Source: an uncultured Thermotogaceae bacterium
GTDB taxonomy: Bacteria > Thermotogota > Thermotogae > MWEM01
Assembly (NCBI GenBank): GCA_964629135.1
Contig: CAZVPY010000001.1
Coordinates: 1-36,010 of the forward strand
Direction of reading: 5' to 3'
DNA length: 36,010 bases
A program made the translations under genes and the position numbers. The stretch's first letter is position 1. The number at the start of each line of letters is the position of its first letter. This document shows positions 16,807-24,813 of this stretch, piece after piece. The notes below the pieces were generated by a model. That model worked only from the letters and a program-made list of their open reading frames with translations. It was not told the origin of the DNA and did no database searches.

Positions 16807-18579
16807 ATGAAAGACAAAAAAAGATTTGTGAAACTAACGTATAATAGTCTAAGAATCATTTGGATCTTAATATATTTGGTTTATATGTTTTTCTACGGTT
16901 TTACGAGTTATAAATCTATCAATGAAAAACTATACGATCGAACAACCTACCTTGTGAATCTATTCAACACATTATATAATCAAAATGCTATACAAATGGT
17001 CTCTAATCCCGAAAATTTTAAAAGAGTCTTAGTTTCAGATATTGAAGGTGAAGTGCTACTTCAATATGGCGAACTCATACCGGCATTAACAAATTTAGAG
17101 TACAATGTTTTATTTAGACAATTGAAAACTGACAAGATTGCACTTTCAGACTTTTATTATGATCCCATCATTGACCAACCTTGCTTTGATATGGGTATTA
17201 TTGAAAAAAACAGAATATACATTGGAACCCTTTCTGCTGAACAATTTCTACGTGATAATCTAGAAAATTTAGAATTGGATGATTTTCTGATTTTTGATTC
17301 TCAATTCAACGGGTATATTTACAAAAGCGGAAATATATCATCGGTTAATTACTTTAATAAAGCACAACTTAACTGGATTAATAATTCTTTTTTCTTAACC
17401 GATAATACCCTTTATTTAAGTCATTTGGAGAGACTGAATAATTATCAATTCATCACATATATTCCTTTCATGAAAAGCGTGTTCCCTTTATTTATTTATT
17501 CTGTCATTCCATTTATATTAGGGCTCATGACAATATTTTGGATAGAAATTTTGGAAAAAAGAGAAAGCAAGAGGAAACGATATGAGATGGAAAGACTAAT
17601 CTCTCTGATTATTAAAGACAATAAAGTTCCAAAAATGCTACAAAAAGGCCATGATGACTTTAACAGTGATTTATTTAAAGAGCTAAATGATAAATTCGTC
17701 AATGCTGAAAAACAAAAAAAAGATATGAAAAGATATGTGGAGAGGCTTTCAACAAACTCTGAACAGTTATTGGAAGTAAAAAACGATTTGGAGTATCTGG
17801 AAAAATTCTTCTATAATCTGATGAATCAAGATCAGTTTGATTTTCAAGAAGCGATAAAAACACTTTTTAGAATCTCATTTGAAAAAACGGGAAGTTATAG
17901 TTCATTAAAATTGATGATCAATAATCAAACAGTCTTCAATCAAGAAAGAGAAAATGATTTATCCCCACCCTCGGGATCTAATGAAAATGCATTTAAAAGC
18001 TTGGAATTGGGAAAACATACCATCAAGTATTATTTTGATTCAGATCCCAAAAAAACTGGTGAATATTCAGATATTCGGAAGAGTATATTTGAAATCCTCT
18101 CCAGATATATTTCTCTGATCTATTCAGTAAAAAGAGGGTTAAATCCAGCTGAATTGAGCCTAACTAAAAACTTTTCAATTTTCATCGAAATGGTAAATCG
18201 TGAAATTGAAAAGGTCAAACGTTATCATGAAAAGGGTATATTGTTTTATTTAGATATAATCAATTATTCTCGAATCAAAGGAAAATACGGAATATCAGTC
18301 GCTAAGATTCTTCTAAAAAGAATATCAGAGATTATTATATCAAAAGTTAGAACAAGTGATATTGTTGGTATATACCGAGAAGGTACATTTTTGGTCTATT
18401 TTTGCAATTTGGATAAAAGTGATGCAAATATTAAAATCGAAAAAATCTGTAACACCATCTACAATGATGAGAAAATTAAACAAATAGGAATCAATTTGGA
18501 GATGAAGAGTTCAATTGTACCTGTTGAAATGGATATCCAAGAGTTTGACGATTTACTATTAAAGTGTCTAAAAACATAG
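16807..18579 (+). CDS. Membrane sensor protein with a degenerate C-terminal GGDEF-like domain
   Basis: Two TM helices ('IIWILIYLVYMFFYGF' and 'VFPLFIYSVIPFILGLMTIFWI') flank a ~190-aa extracytoplasmic domain. The C-terminus 'FYLDIINYSRIKGKYG...DIVGIYREGTFLVYF' aligns with 'D.F+.iND.yGH...D.vaRyGGDEFaill', with REGTF in place of GGDEF. Confidence 0.6.
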   Translation: MKDKKRFVKLTYNSLRIIWILIYLVYMFFYGFTSYKSINEKLYDRTTYLVNLFNTLYNQNAIQMVSNPENFKRVLVSDIEGEVLLQYGELIPALTNLEYNVLFRQLKTDKIALSDFYYDPIIDQPCFDMGIIEKNRIYIGTLSAEQFLRDNLENLELDDFLIFDSQFNGYIYKSGNISSVNYFNKAQLNWINNSFFLTDNTLYLSHLERLNNYQFITYIPFMKSVFPLFIYSVIPFILGLMTIFWIEILEKRESKRKRYEMERLISLIIKDNKVPKMLQKGHDDFNSDLFKELNDKFVNAEKQKKDMKRYVERLSTNSEQLLEVKNDLEYLEKFFYNLMNQDQFDFQEAIKTLFRISFEKTGSYSSLKLMINNQTVFNQERENDLSPPSGSNENAFKSLELGKHTIKYYFDSDPKKTGEYSDIRKSIFEILSRYISLIYSVKRGLNPAELSLTKNFSIFIEMVNREIEKVKRYHEKGILFYLDIINYSRIKGKYGISVAKILLKRISEIIISKVRTSDIVGIYREGTFLVYFCNLDKSDANIKIEKICNTIYNDEKIKQIGINLEMKSSIVPVEMDIQEFDDLLLKCLKT

Positions 18580-18583
18580 AAAA

Positions 18584-18613
18584 AACGAAAAAGGAGCTTG
18601 CTCCTTTTTCGTT
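18584..18613. terminator. Bidirectional rho-independent terminator
   Basis: Perfect hairpin AACGAAAAAGGAGC-TT-GCTCCTTTTTCGTT between convergent genes. Its arms are A-rich and T-rich respectively, and its 3' edge touches the stop codon of the minus-strand glutaredoxin-like gene. Confidence 0.8.
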
Positions 18614-18848
18614 ATACATTCAGCATTTTATCTATTCTACCTCTGTTAAAACCTACCATAACTTGGTTACCAATTTCAATAACGGGCACACCCATTTGTC
18701 CGGTTTTCTTAACCATTTTTTCAGCTGCAGACCTGTCTTTGGAAACATCGTAGTTTTTAAAAGGAATACCCAGTTCTTTAAAATAGCGCTTTGCCGATGT
18801 ACAGTGAGGACAACTGGGAGTTGAATAAATGACAATCTTTTTGTGCAT
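18612..18848 (-). CDS. Glutaredoxin-like protein (YruB-type, CPHC active site)
   Basis: 'KIVIYSTPSCPHCTSAKRYF...GVPVIEIG' is a thioredoxin fold. GGAGGTG RBS lies 7 nt before the ATG at 18848. The ORF-track start at 18863 contains that RBS and is rejected. Confidence 0.8.
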   Translation of the reverse strand: MHKKIVIYSTPSCPHCTSAKRYFKELGIPFKNYDVSKDRSAAEKMVKKTGQMGVPVIEIGNQVMVGFNRGRIDKMLNV

Positions 18849-18933
18849 AAAAAACACCTCCATATATATACCCCCTAAGGGTATAATATTTGACGAAGTT
18901 TCTTAAAAAATATTTCAATATCGAGGAGAAAAA

Positions 18934-20196
18934 ATGTCATATTCTGTCACAGAAATCCTTCAAAAAGCCAAAGCAATAATTGAGACAAATGACGAAATTG
19001 GTGGATATATTCAAATAAAAGGAGAAGTCGGAACATTTAAAGTCTACGGAAAACACGCCTACTTAAACTTGAAAGAAGAAAGCGCCTTATTAAAATGTGT
19101 ATATTTTATGGTTCCAAAAGAAATTTCAACGACCATTAAAGAGGGAAGTATCGTTGAGGCTTATGGTTTTCTTTCCATATATGAAATGAGGGGCGAATTT
19201 CAGTTTTACATCAAATCTATGCGCGAAATATCCAAAGCAGGTTTCTTGATGATGGAATATGAAAAGATTAGAAATCAATTAATATCTGAAAAAGTCATTC
19301 CTAAATCCCCAGAAGAAAAAAAGTCTTTACCAAAATTCCCGCGTACAATTGGTGTAATCACTTCAAAAAATGGAGCTGCCATACAGGATGTGATTAAAAC
19401 CATCGAAAGCCGATATCCTGAATGCTTAATTCAAATCTTTCATACAGGGGTGCAAGGAAATGTTGAAGAAGAAATAGTTGCTTCCATAAATAATGCCAAT
19501 CGATCAAAATCTGATGTCTTATTGTTGGTTAGGGGCGGCGGTTCAATTGAAGACCTTTGGTGTTTCAATCTTCCTTCTGTAGTCAGAACAGTTCGTAATA
19601 GTTCTAAACCAATCATTGTGGGTGTAGGTCATGAAACAGATCACACGCTTTGTGAATATGCAGCAGATTATATTGGCTCAACTCCTACTTCAGCAGCTAT
19701 GATTGCGACACCAGATATTGAATCCATCATCATAGCACAAAAAAGCGAACTCGAAAAGATTTCACTCTTGATTAAAAGAAAAAAAGCAGAACGGGAAACA
19801 GACCTGAATCAAACCATGAAGTTAGTACATCGATTGGACCCAGCAAAAGTCATTTCAAACAGACTGAGCAAAATAAATACACACTTAGAACGAATTACAA
19901 ACGTCATTTATAGAAAAATAAACGAAAAATCCAATCAATTAATGCTCTTAAAAAAAAGCCTTCAACAACCGATAACCTCATTGAAATTCAAAAAAATGGA
20001 AACAGAGTTGATTATCAATCTTGAAAAAATAAAATCTAACGATCCAAAAAGACATCTAAAAAAAGGCTATTCCAGAATCGAAAAGGACGGAATTATTGTA
20101 AATAGTGTGGTACAATTGAAAACGGGAGATTCAATACAAATCTTTTTAAAAGATGGGAAGGCCCGTTCAGAAATACAAGAACTGATAAAAAAATAG
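18934..20196 (+). CDS. xseA: Exodeoxyribonuclease VII large subunit
   Basis: N-terminal OB fold and 'VRGGGSIEDLWCFN'; the xseB gene lies directly downstream. Confidence 0.9.
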   Translation: MSYSVTEILQKAKAIIETNDEIGGYIQIKGEVGTFKVYGKHAYLNLKEESALLKCVYFMVPKEISTTIKEGSIVEAYGFLSIYEMRGEFQFYIKSMREISKAGFLMMEYEKIRNQLISEKVIPKSPEEKKSLPKFPRTIGVITSKNGAAIQDVIKTIESRYPECLIQIFHTGVQGNVEEEIVASINNANRSKSDVLLLVRGGGSIEDLWCFNLPSVVRTVRNSSKPIIVGVGHETDHTLCEYAADYIGSTPTSAAMIATPDIESIIIAQKSELEKISLLIKRKKAERETDLNQTMKLVHRLDPAKVISNRLSKINTHLERITNVIYRKINEKSNQLMLLKKSLQQPITSLKFKKMETELIINLEKIKSNDPKRHLKKGYSRIEKDGIIVNSVVQLKTGDSIQIFLKDGKARSEIQELIKK

Positions 20197-20210
20197 ATAA
20201 AGGGGATAAA

Positions 20211-20411
20211 ATGGCAACGAAAAAAAAGATTGAAGAACTACTTGACGAGCTGGCATATATAACGAAAGAACTTGAACAAGATGATATTTCTTTGGAAGAA
20301 TCAATAAAAAAATACCAATATGCTGTTGAATTGTACAAAAAAGCCCAAAAGCAACTAAAAGAATCGGAAATAAAAATAGAAGAAATCAGAGGAAGTCTTG
20401 AAGATGTATGA
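20211..20411 (+). CDS. xseB: Exodeoxyribonuclease VII small subunit
   Basis: 66-aa helical protein with 'LEESIKKYQYAVELYKKAQKQLKESEIKIEEI', immediately after xseA. Confidence 0.85.
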   Translation: MATKKKIEELLDELAYITKELEQDDISLEESIKKYQYAVELYKKAQKQLKESEIKIEEIRGSLEDV

Positions 20412-22356
20412 AAAAAAATCCGATCTATTTCTTAGACAGAACTTACTGGATGAAATCAAGGGTATGGATATATCTGAGTTACAAGACTATGCTTCTATAA
20501 TTCGAAATGTTATCGTTGAAACTGTTAATCAAAATGGGGGACATCTTTCCTCGAATTTGGGAACTGTAGAATTGACTTTAGCACTGTATCGCGTATTTGA
20601 TTTTCCTAAGAAAGACATGTTGGTATGGGATACCGGGCATCAAACATATACACACAAAATTCTCACAGGAAGAGCACCGTCATTTCAAACCATTAGAAAA
20701 AAGGGTGGATTAAGTGGATTTACAAATGTTTTTGAAAGTCCATATGATTCTTTTGGAGCAGGGCATGTTGGTACATCGATAGCAGCTGCTTTAGGATTTG
20801 AAAAAGCTAAAAAACTCTCCGGAGAACCAGGTGAAGTGATCGCGGTCATAGGAGACGGCGCTTTAACTTCTGGTAATGCATTGGAATCCTTAAATCAAGT
20901 TGTGGGACAGAAAAGTAATCTAAAGATCATCATTAATGACAACGGCATGTCCATTTCCGATAATGTGGGGTCTTTTGCCAATAATTTTTCCCTTATCAGA
21001 ACGGGAAAAGGGTACAATACATTTAAAAAGCAATTGAAGACTTTCTTACATGAAACACATTTAACGGGTATAGAATCTATTCTTGAATGGATTCGAGATA
21101 ACATGAAACATAATCTTTTACCGGATTCAATTTTTGAAGCCATGGGTTTTAAATATCTTGGTCCAATCGATGGTCATGACCTTGAAACATTAATCAGAGT
21201 CTTAAGCAATATTAAAGAGGGTTATAAAAAGCCCGTTGTTTTACACATTCACACCAAAAAAGGGTGTGGAATAGAATACGCTGAAAAAAAGCCTAATATT
21301 TTTCATGGAGTCAGTCCTCAAGAAAAAATCTTTGATGGTAAAAAAAATACCACACAACAACTTTCATTCAGCGATGCCTTTGGTTACACATTGGCAAAAA
21401 TTGCAGATTATGACGAAAAATTAGTTACCATTACTTCAGCAATGGATATCGGTACAGGACTTTATCATTTTAAAGAGAGTTGTGAAGAAAGATTTTTTGA
21501 TTTAGGAATCACTGAACAAAGTTCCTTGGTTTTTGCCGCTGGTCTGGCATTAAAAGGGTTTCATCCGGTATATGCAGTTTATTCAACCTTTCTTCAAAGA
21601 GCATACGATCAAATCATTCATGATATCGCCTTGCAAAAAATCCCAATGATAATTGGTGTTGACAGAGCGGGTCTTGTTGGAAGTGATGGACCAACTCATC
21701 ACGGAGCATTTGATATTGTTATGCTGAATCCCATACCAAACATCAAACTCTACTCTCCTGATTCTATACAAAGCCTTATTAAAATTATGAATTATCTTTC
21801 ACGTGACGGTTGGAACATTCAATCTCCTGTTTTTATACGCTATCCCCGCGAAAAGGAAACAATCACGTACGCAGACATCGACAACTTGATTATTCATAAT
21901 GTAAAAATGAATCCTGAAAGTTGGGAACTTATTTATTCAAGTGAAAAAGAAAATGATTGTGAAATCATCATTTTTACCGTAGGAACAACTTATAAATACT
22001 GTCAAAAGGTAATCGATCTGGTGGATTTCCCGGTGAATTTGGTGAAGGTTACATCCGTCAAACCAATGGATTATCAACTGATTCATAAATTATTTGAATC
22101 AGAAAAACAAAAAATTGTGATAACGATGGAAGAAGGAATAAGAACTGGAGGCTTTGGACAAAGTCTTGTCAATTATATCAGAAATAGATACAATCATCAG
22201 ATCAAAGCGGTTAAAATCCTTGGGATGGATGATTTTATTCCGCACGGAAAAAGAATGGAGTTACTGGATGATATAGGTTTAAGCGCCAAAGCAATTTTAA
22301 ACATACTTAACGGTGAAATCAAACAAATTAAACAAAATCACAAGTACATTATATAA
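20404..22356 (+). CDS. dxs: 1-deoxy-D-xylulose-5-phosphate synthase
   Basis: 'GGHLSSNLGTVELTLALY', TPP motif 'GDGALTSGNALESLN' and 'GSDGPTHHGAFD' are present. ATG 20404 follows an AGAGGAAG RBS and overlaps xseB by 8 nt. The ORF-track TTG at 20398 is also possible. Confidence 0.9.
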   Translation: MYEKKSDLFLRQNLLDEIKGMDISELQDYASIIRNVIVETVNQNGGHLSSNLGTVELTLALYRVFDFPKKDMLVWDTGHQTYTHKILTGRAPSFQTIRKKGGLSGFTNVFESPYDSFGAGHVGTSIAAALGFEKAKKLSGEPGEVIAVIGDGALTSGNALESLNQVVGQKSNLKIIINDNGMSISDNVGSFANNFSLIRTGKGYNTFKKQLKTFLHETHLTGIESILEWIRDNMKHNLLPDSIFEAMGFKYLGPIDGHDLETLIRVLSNIKEGYKKPVVLHIHTKKGCGIEYAEKKPNIFHGVSPQEKIFDGKKNTTQQLSFSDAFGYTLAKIADYDEKLVTITSAMDIGTGLYHFKESCEERFFDLGITEQSSLVFAAGLALKGFHPVYAVYSTFLQRAYDQIIHDIALQKIPMIIGVDRAGLVGSDGPTHHGAFDIVMLNPIPNIKLYSPDSIQSLIKIMNYLSRDGWNIQSPVFIRYPREKETITYADIDNLIIHNVKMNPESWELIYSSEKENDCEIIIFTVGTTYKYCQKVIDLVDFPVNLVKVTSVKPMDYQLIHKLFESEKQKIVITMEEGIRTGGFGQSLVNYIRNRYNHQIKAVKILGMDDFIPHGKRMELLDDIGLSAKAILNILNGEIKQIKQNHKYII

Positions 22357-22402
22357 ATCAAACTGAAAAATCTTTTTTAACAGCCTGAAAGGAGAAAAAA
22401 TA

Positions 22403-23224
22403 TTGAGTTACAAAACAGTAGTTCTTGATATTGACGGGACGGTATTAGATGATAAATTGAGAATTTCCGACAAAACTGTCAATCTATTGAGAAAGATCAA
22501 CAAGAAAGGGATAACTATCATTTTTTGCACAGGAAGAATGCTGGGATCGGCTAAGCATATTATTGAAAAATATTTCGAAAGTGATAAATTTCCAATAGTA
22601 AGTTATAATGGCAGCTTAATAACGCTACCCGATAGAGAAACCCCCATCTTTCACCATTTTATTGAGGGAATTACTGCAATAAAAATAATTGAATACCTCA
22701 GAAGAAAGAAATGTCACCGTCAAGTTTATATTAACAATCAATTGATTGTTGAAGAAGATAATGATCAAATTAAGAATTATGCTGTACATGCAGGTATGGA
22801 TTATCACGTAGTTGATAATCTCACTGACCTAATCAAAAGCGGTGAAAAAGTTGATAAAATACTAGCTATCGGAAAACCTGATTTCCTCGCTGATATTGAA
22901 AAAGAAAGTCAGTCCCTTTTTTCTAATAAAGCGAATATTTTCAAATCTTTTTCCATCTATCTTGATTACATACCGAAAACTACAAACAAAGGCATTGCCG
23001 TTTTGGAACTTCTAAATTATCTTCATTTAGATCCAAAAAAGGCTATTATGATAGGAGACGGTGATAATGATATTTTTGCATTTGAAGTGGTGGGTTATTC
23101 CATTGCTATGGCCAATGCAACCGAAAAACTCAAGCAAACTGCAGATCTTTGCCTTGAAAAAACCAACAATGAAGAAGGCGTTTACCACATTCTCGATCAT
23201 ATTTTTTCTGATCTGCTCAATTAG
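22403..23224 (+). CDS. Cof-type HAD-IIB family hydrolase
   Basis: 'VVLDIDGTVLD' (DxDGT motif I), 'GIGDGDNDI' motif IV ('MIGDGDNDIFAF') and a cap domain. The start is TTG, with AAAGGAG RBS 8 nt upstream. Confidence 0.85.
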   Translation: MSYKTVVLDIDGTVLDDKLRISDKTVNLLRKINKKGITIIFCTGRMLGSAKHIIEKYFESDKFPIVSYNGSLITLPDRETPIFHHFIEGITAIKIIEYLRRKKCHRQVYINNQLIVEEDNDQIKNYAVHAGMDYHVVDNLTDLIKSGEKVDKILAIGKPDFLADIEKESQSLFSNKANIFKSFSIYLDYIPKTTNKGIAVLELLNYLHLDPKKAIMIGDGDNDIFAFEVVGYSIAMANATEKLKQTADLCLEKTNNEEGVYHILDHIFSDLLN

Positions 23225-24041
23225 TTTCTCAGAAAACATTATCATAACCGATACCGGTTATTCAATCTATTACCCCGATTCACCGTATTTTTTAGAGAAT
23301 GTTTCTTCCTTCTCTTTGGGAAGCGTTACCGATCCGGAGCTCTTGTTTGAATTTGGTTTATTACTGGCACAAAGGGCAAAGAAAGCAAATGCTCATGCAT
23401 GCGTAATTGGCTATTCCCAATTGCTCCCTAAAGAAATCGATTCCATAAAGGGACATTTTGATGAGTCAATAGCACCTTTTTTTTCAATAAACCCTTTTAA
23501 AGCATCGCAAGTCATTGAATGGATAACCAACGGGTTAACCGCGGGGGGAATTTTCCCGGTTTTAAGTGCAAAATTCGGATTAAACGATTCTCTCATTCAA
23601 AATTTAAAATATCGGAAGATCTTTCCCGCCATCTTGCTTGAATCTCATAGCGGTAACGAACAAACACTAAAAGAATTAAAACTGGCTATTATAGAAGATT
23701 CCGGTCATATTTCTTATTATCCCAATCTGTTAAAAAAACTTGATTGGGCATGGCATCAACAACTACAAGATGAGGAAGGGTTGAGAAGAAAATTATTGAT
23801 AGCGTCAATCATCCGATTAAAAAAAAGATTTACTTTAAAGGCTTTCGAAATTTTCCATACACACTTAGGCTCTGCAATAACAGATCGATCTGTTGTTTTT
23901 GTCAAGGATCCAAGAATTATTAATATGAACAAATTTTCCACCGGTTATCTGATTCACTCAACAGAAGATTTTATGTTGGAAAGAATCCGTTTAATTTGCA
24001 CAGAAATTTATTATGCCAGGGGGAGCATAAATTGGAGATGA
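23169..24041 (+). CDS. Hypothetical secreted protein
   Basis: The first in-frame ATG with a signal peptide ('MKKAFTTFSIIFFLICSISFS') is at 23169, 56 nt inside the HAD gene. 'SLGSVTDPELLFEFGLLLAQRAKKAN' has a weak GH3/NagZ-like flavour, too weak to call. The stop overlaps the rsuA start (ATGA). Confidence 0.45.
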   Translation: MKKAFTTFSIIFFLICSISFSENIIITDTGYSIYYPDSPYFLENVSSFSLGSVTDPELLFEFGLLLAQRAKKANAHACVIGYSQLLPKEIDSIKGHFDESIAPFFSINPFKASQVIEWITNGLTAGGIFPVLSAKFGLNDSLIQNLKYRKIFPAILLESHSGNEQTLKELKLAIIEDSGHISYYPNLLKKLDWAWHQQLQDEEGLRRKLLIASIIRLKKRFTLKAFEIFHTHLGSAITDRSVVFVKDPRIINMNKFSTGYLIHSTEDFMLERIRLICTEIYYARGSINWR

Positions 24042-24742
24042 GACTTGATAAACACCTTTCTAATTCAGGTTATGGTACAAGAAGTGAAATTAAAAGGCTG
24101 ATAAAAAAAGGTGTTGTATCTGTGAATGGAGAGGTTTGCAAGAACCCTTCATATAAAGTATCATTAACTTCACCGATCGCCCTTTTTTCAAAGCAAATAA
24201 CTTCCAAACCGATAAGTACCATTATGCTCAATAAACCAAAAGATTATGTCTCTTCAAATGAAAACGAAGCTGGTTATCCATCAGTTTTTGAATTAATCCA
24301 ACCACCACACCCCAAATACGCCATTGCCGGTAGGTTGGATGTTGACACCACCGGTTTATTGATTCTTAGTACCCAAGGAAATTTGATACATTCCATTATC
24401 TCGCCGTCAAAAGACATTACGAAAACATACATAGCAAAGGTCATTCATTTCAAAACAGAATCTATTTCAGCTTTTTATGAAGGTATGTCTATTGCAGAAG
24501 ATTTTGTAACCAAGCCAGTCACACATCTTCGCGTTTTAGAAGAAAAAAATGAAATGACAACACTTAGTATTGGTATAACCGAAGGTAAATTTCATCAGGT
24601 GAAAAGAATGTTCCAATTTGTCCAGGCGAAAGTGATTGATCTAAAAAGAGTCGCTATTGGTTCTCTTCAGTTAGATCCTTCTCTTGAGTACGGAGATTAC
24701 AAAGAACTTGCTCCAAATGAAATCCGGCTTATCTTTCAATAA
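24038..24742 (+). CDS. rsuA: Pseudouridine synthase, RsuA/RluB family (S4 domain + catalytic domain)
   Basis: S4 domain 'MRLDKHLSNSGYGTRSEIKRLIKKGVVSVNGE', catalytic 'GRLDVDTTGLLILS' and 'GKFHQVKRM' are present. ATG 24038 overlaps the upstream stop. Confidence 0.85.
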   Translation: MRLDKHLSNSGYGTRSEIKRLIKKGVVSVNGEVCKNPSYKVSLTSPIALFSKQITSKPISTIMLNKPKDYVSSNENEAGYPSVFELIQPPHPKYAIAGRLDVDTTGLLILSTQGNLIHSIISPSKDITKTYIAKVIHFKTESISAFYEGMSIAEDFVTKPVTHLRVLEEKNEMTTLSIGITEGKFHQVKRMFQFVQAKVIDLKRVAIGSLQLDPSLEYGDYKELAPNEIRLIFQ

Positions 24743-24813
24743 TCGAAAAGCTAAAATGCTTTCATATGTTAAAATAGTAAAAATGATTCAAAATTAATGC
24801 GTTGGAGGACAAG

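Noticed and set aside
18564-18863. + strand ORF 18564-18824, minus-strand ORF 18653-18835, and the 'MEVFF' extension of the glutaredoxin-like ORF (18849-18863)
   Set aside because: The first two are alternative frames of the glutaredoxin-like gene and carry no motif. The extension's ATGGAGGTG is the Shine-Dalgarno sequence for the ATG at 18848.
23169-23231. Lipoprotein signal (lipobox) in 'FFLICSISFS'
   Set aside because: The residues before the Cys are F-L-I, and position -1 should be G, A or S. A type I signal peptide is more likely.
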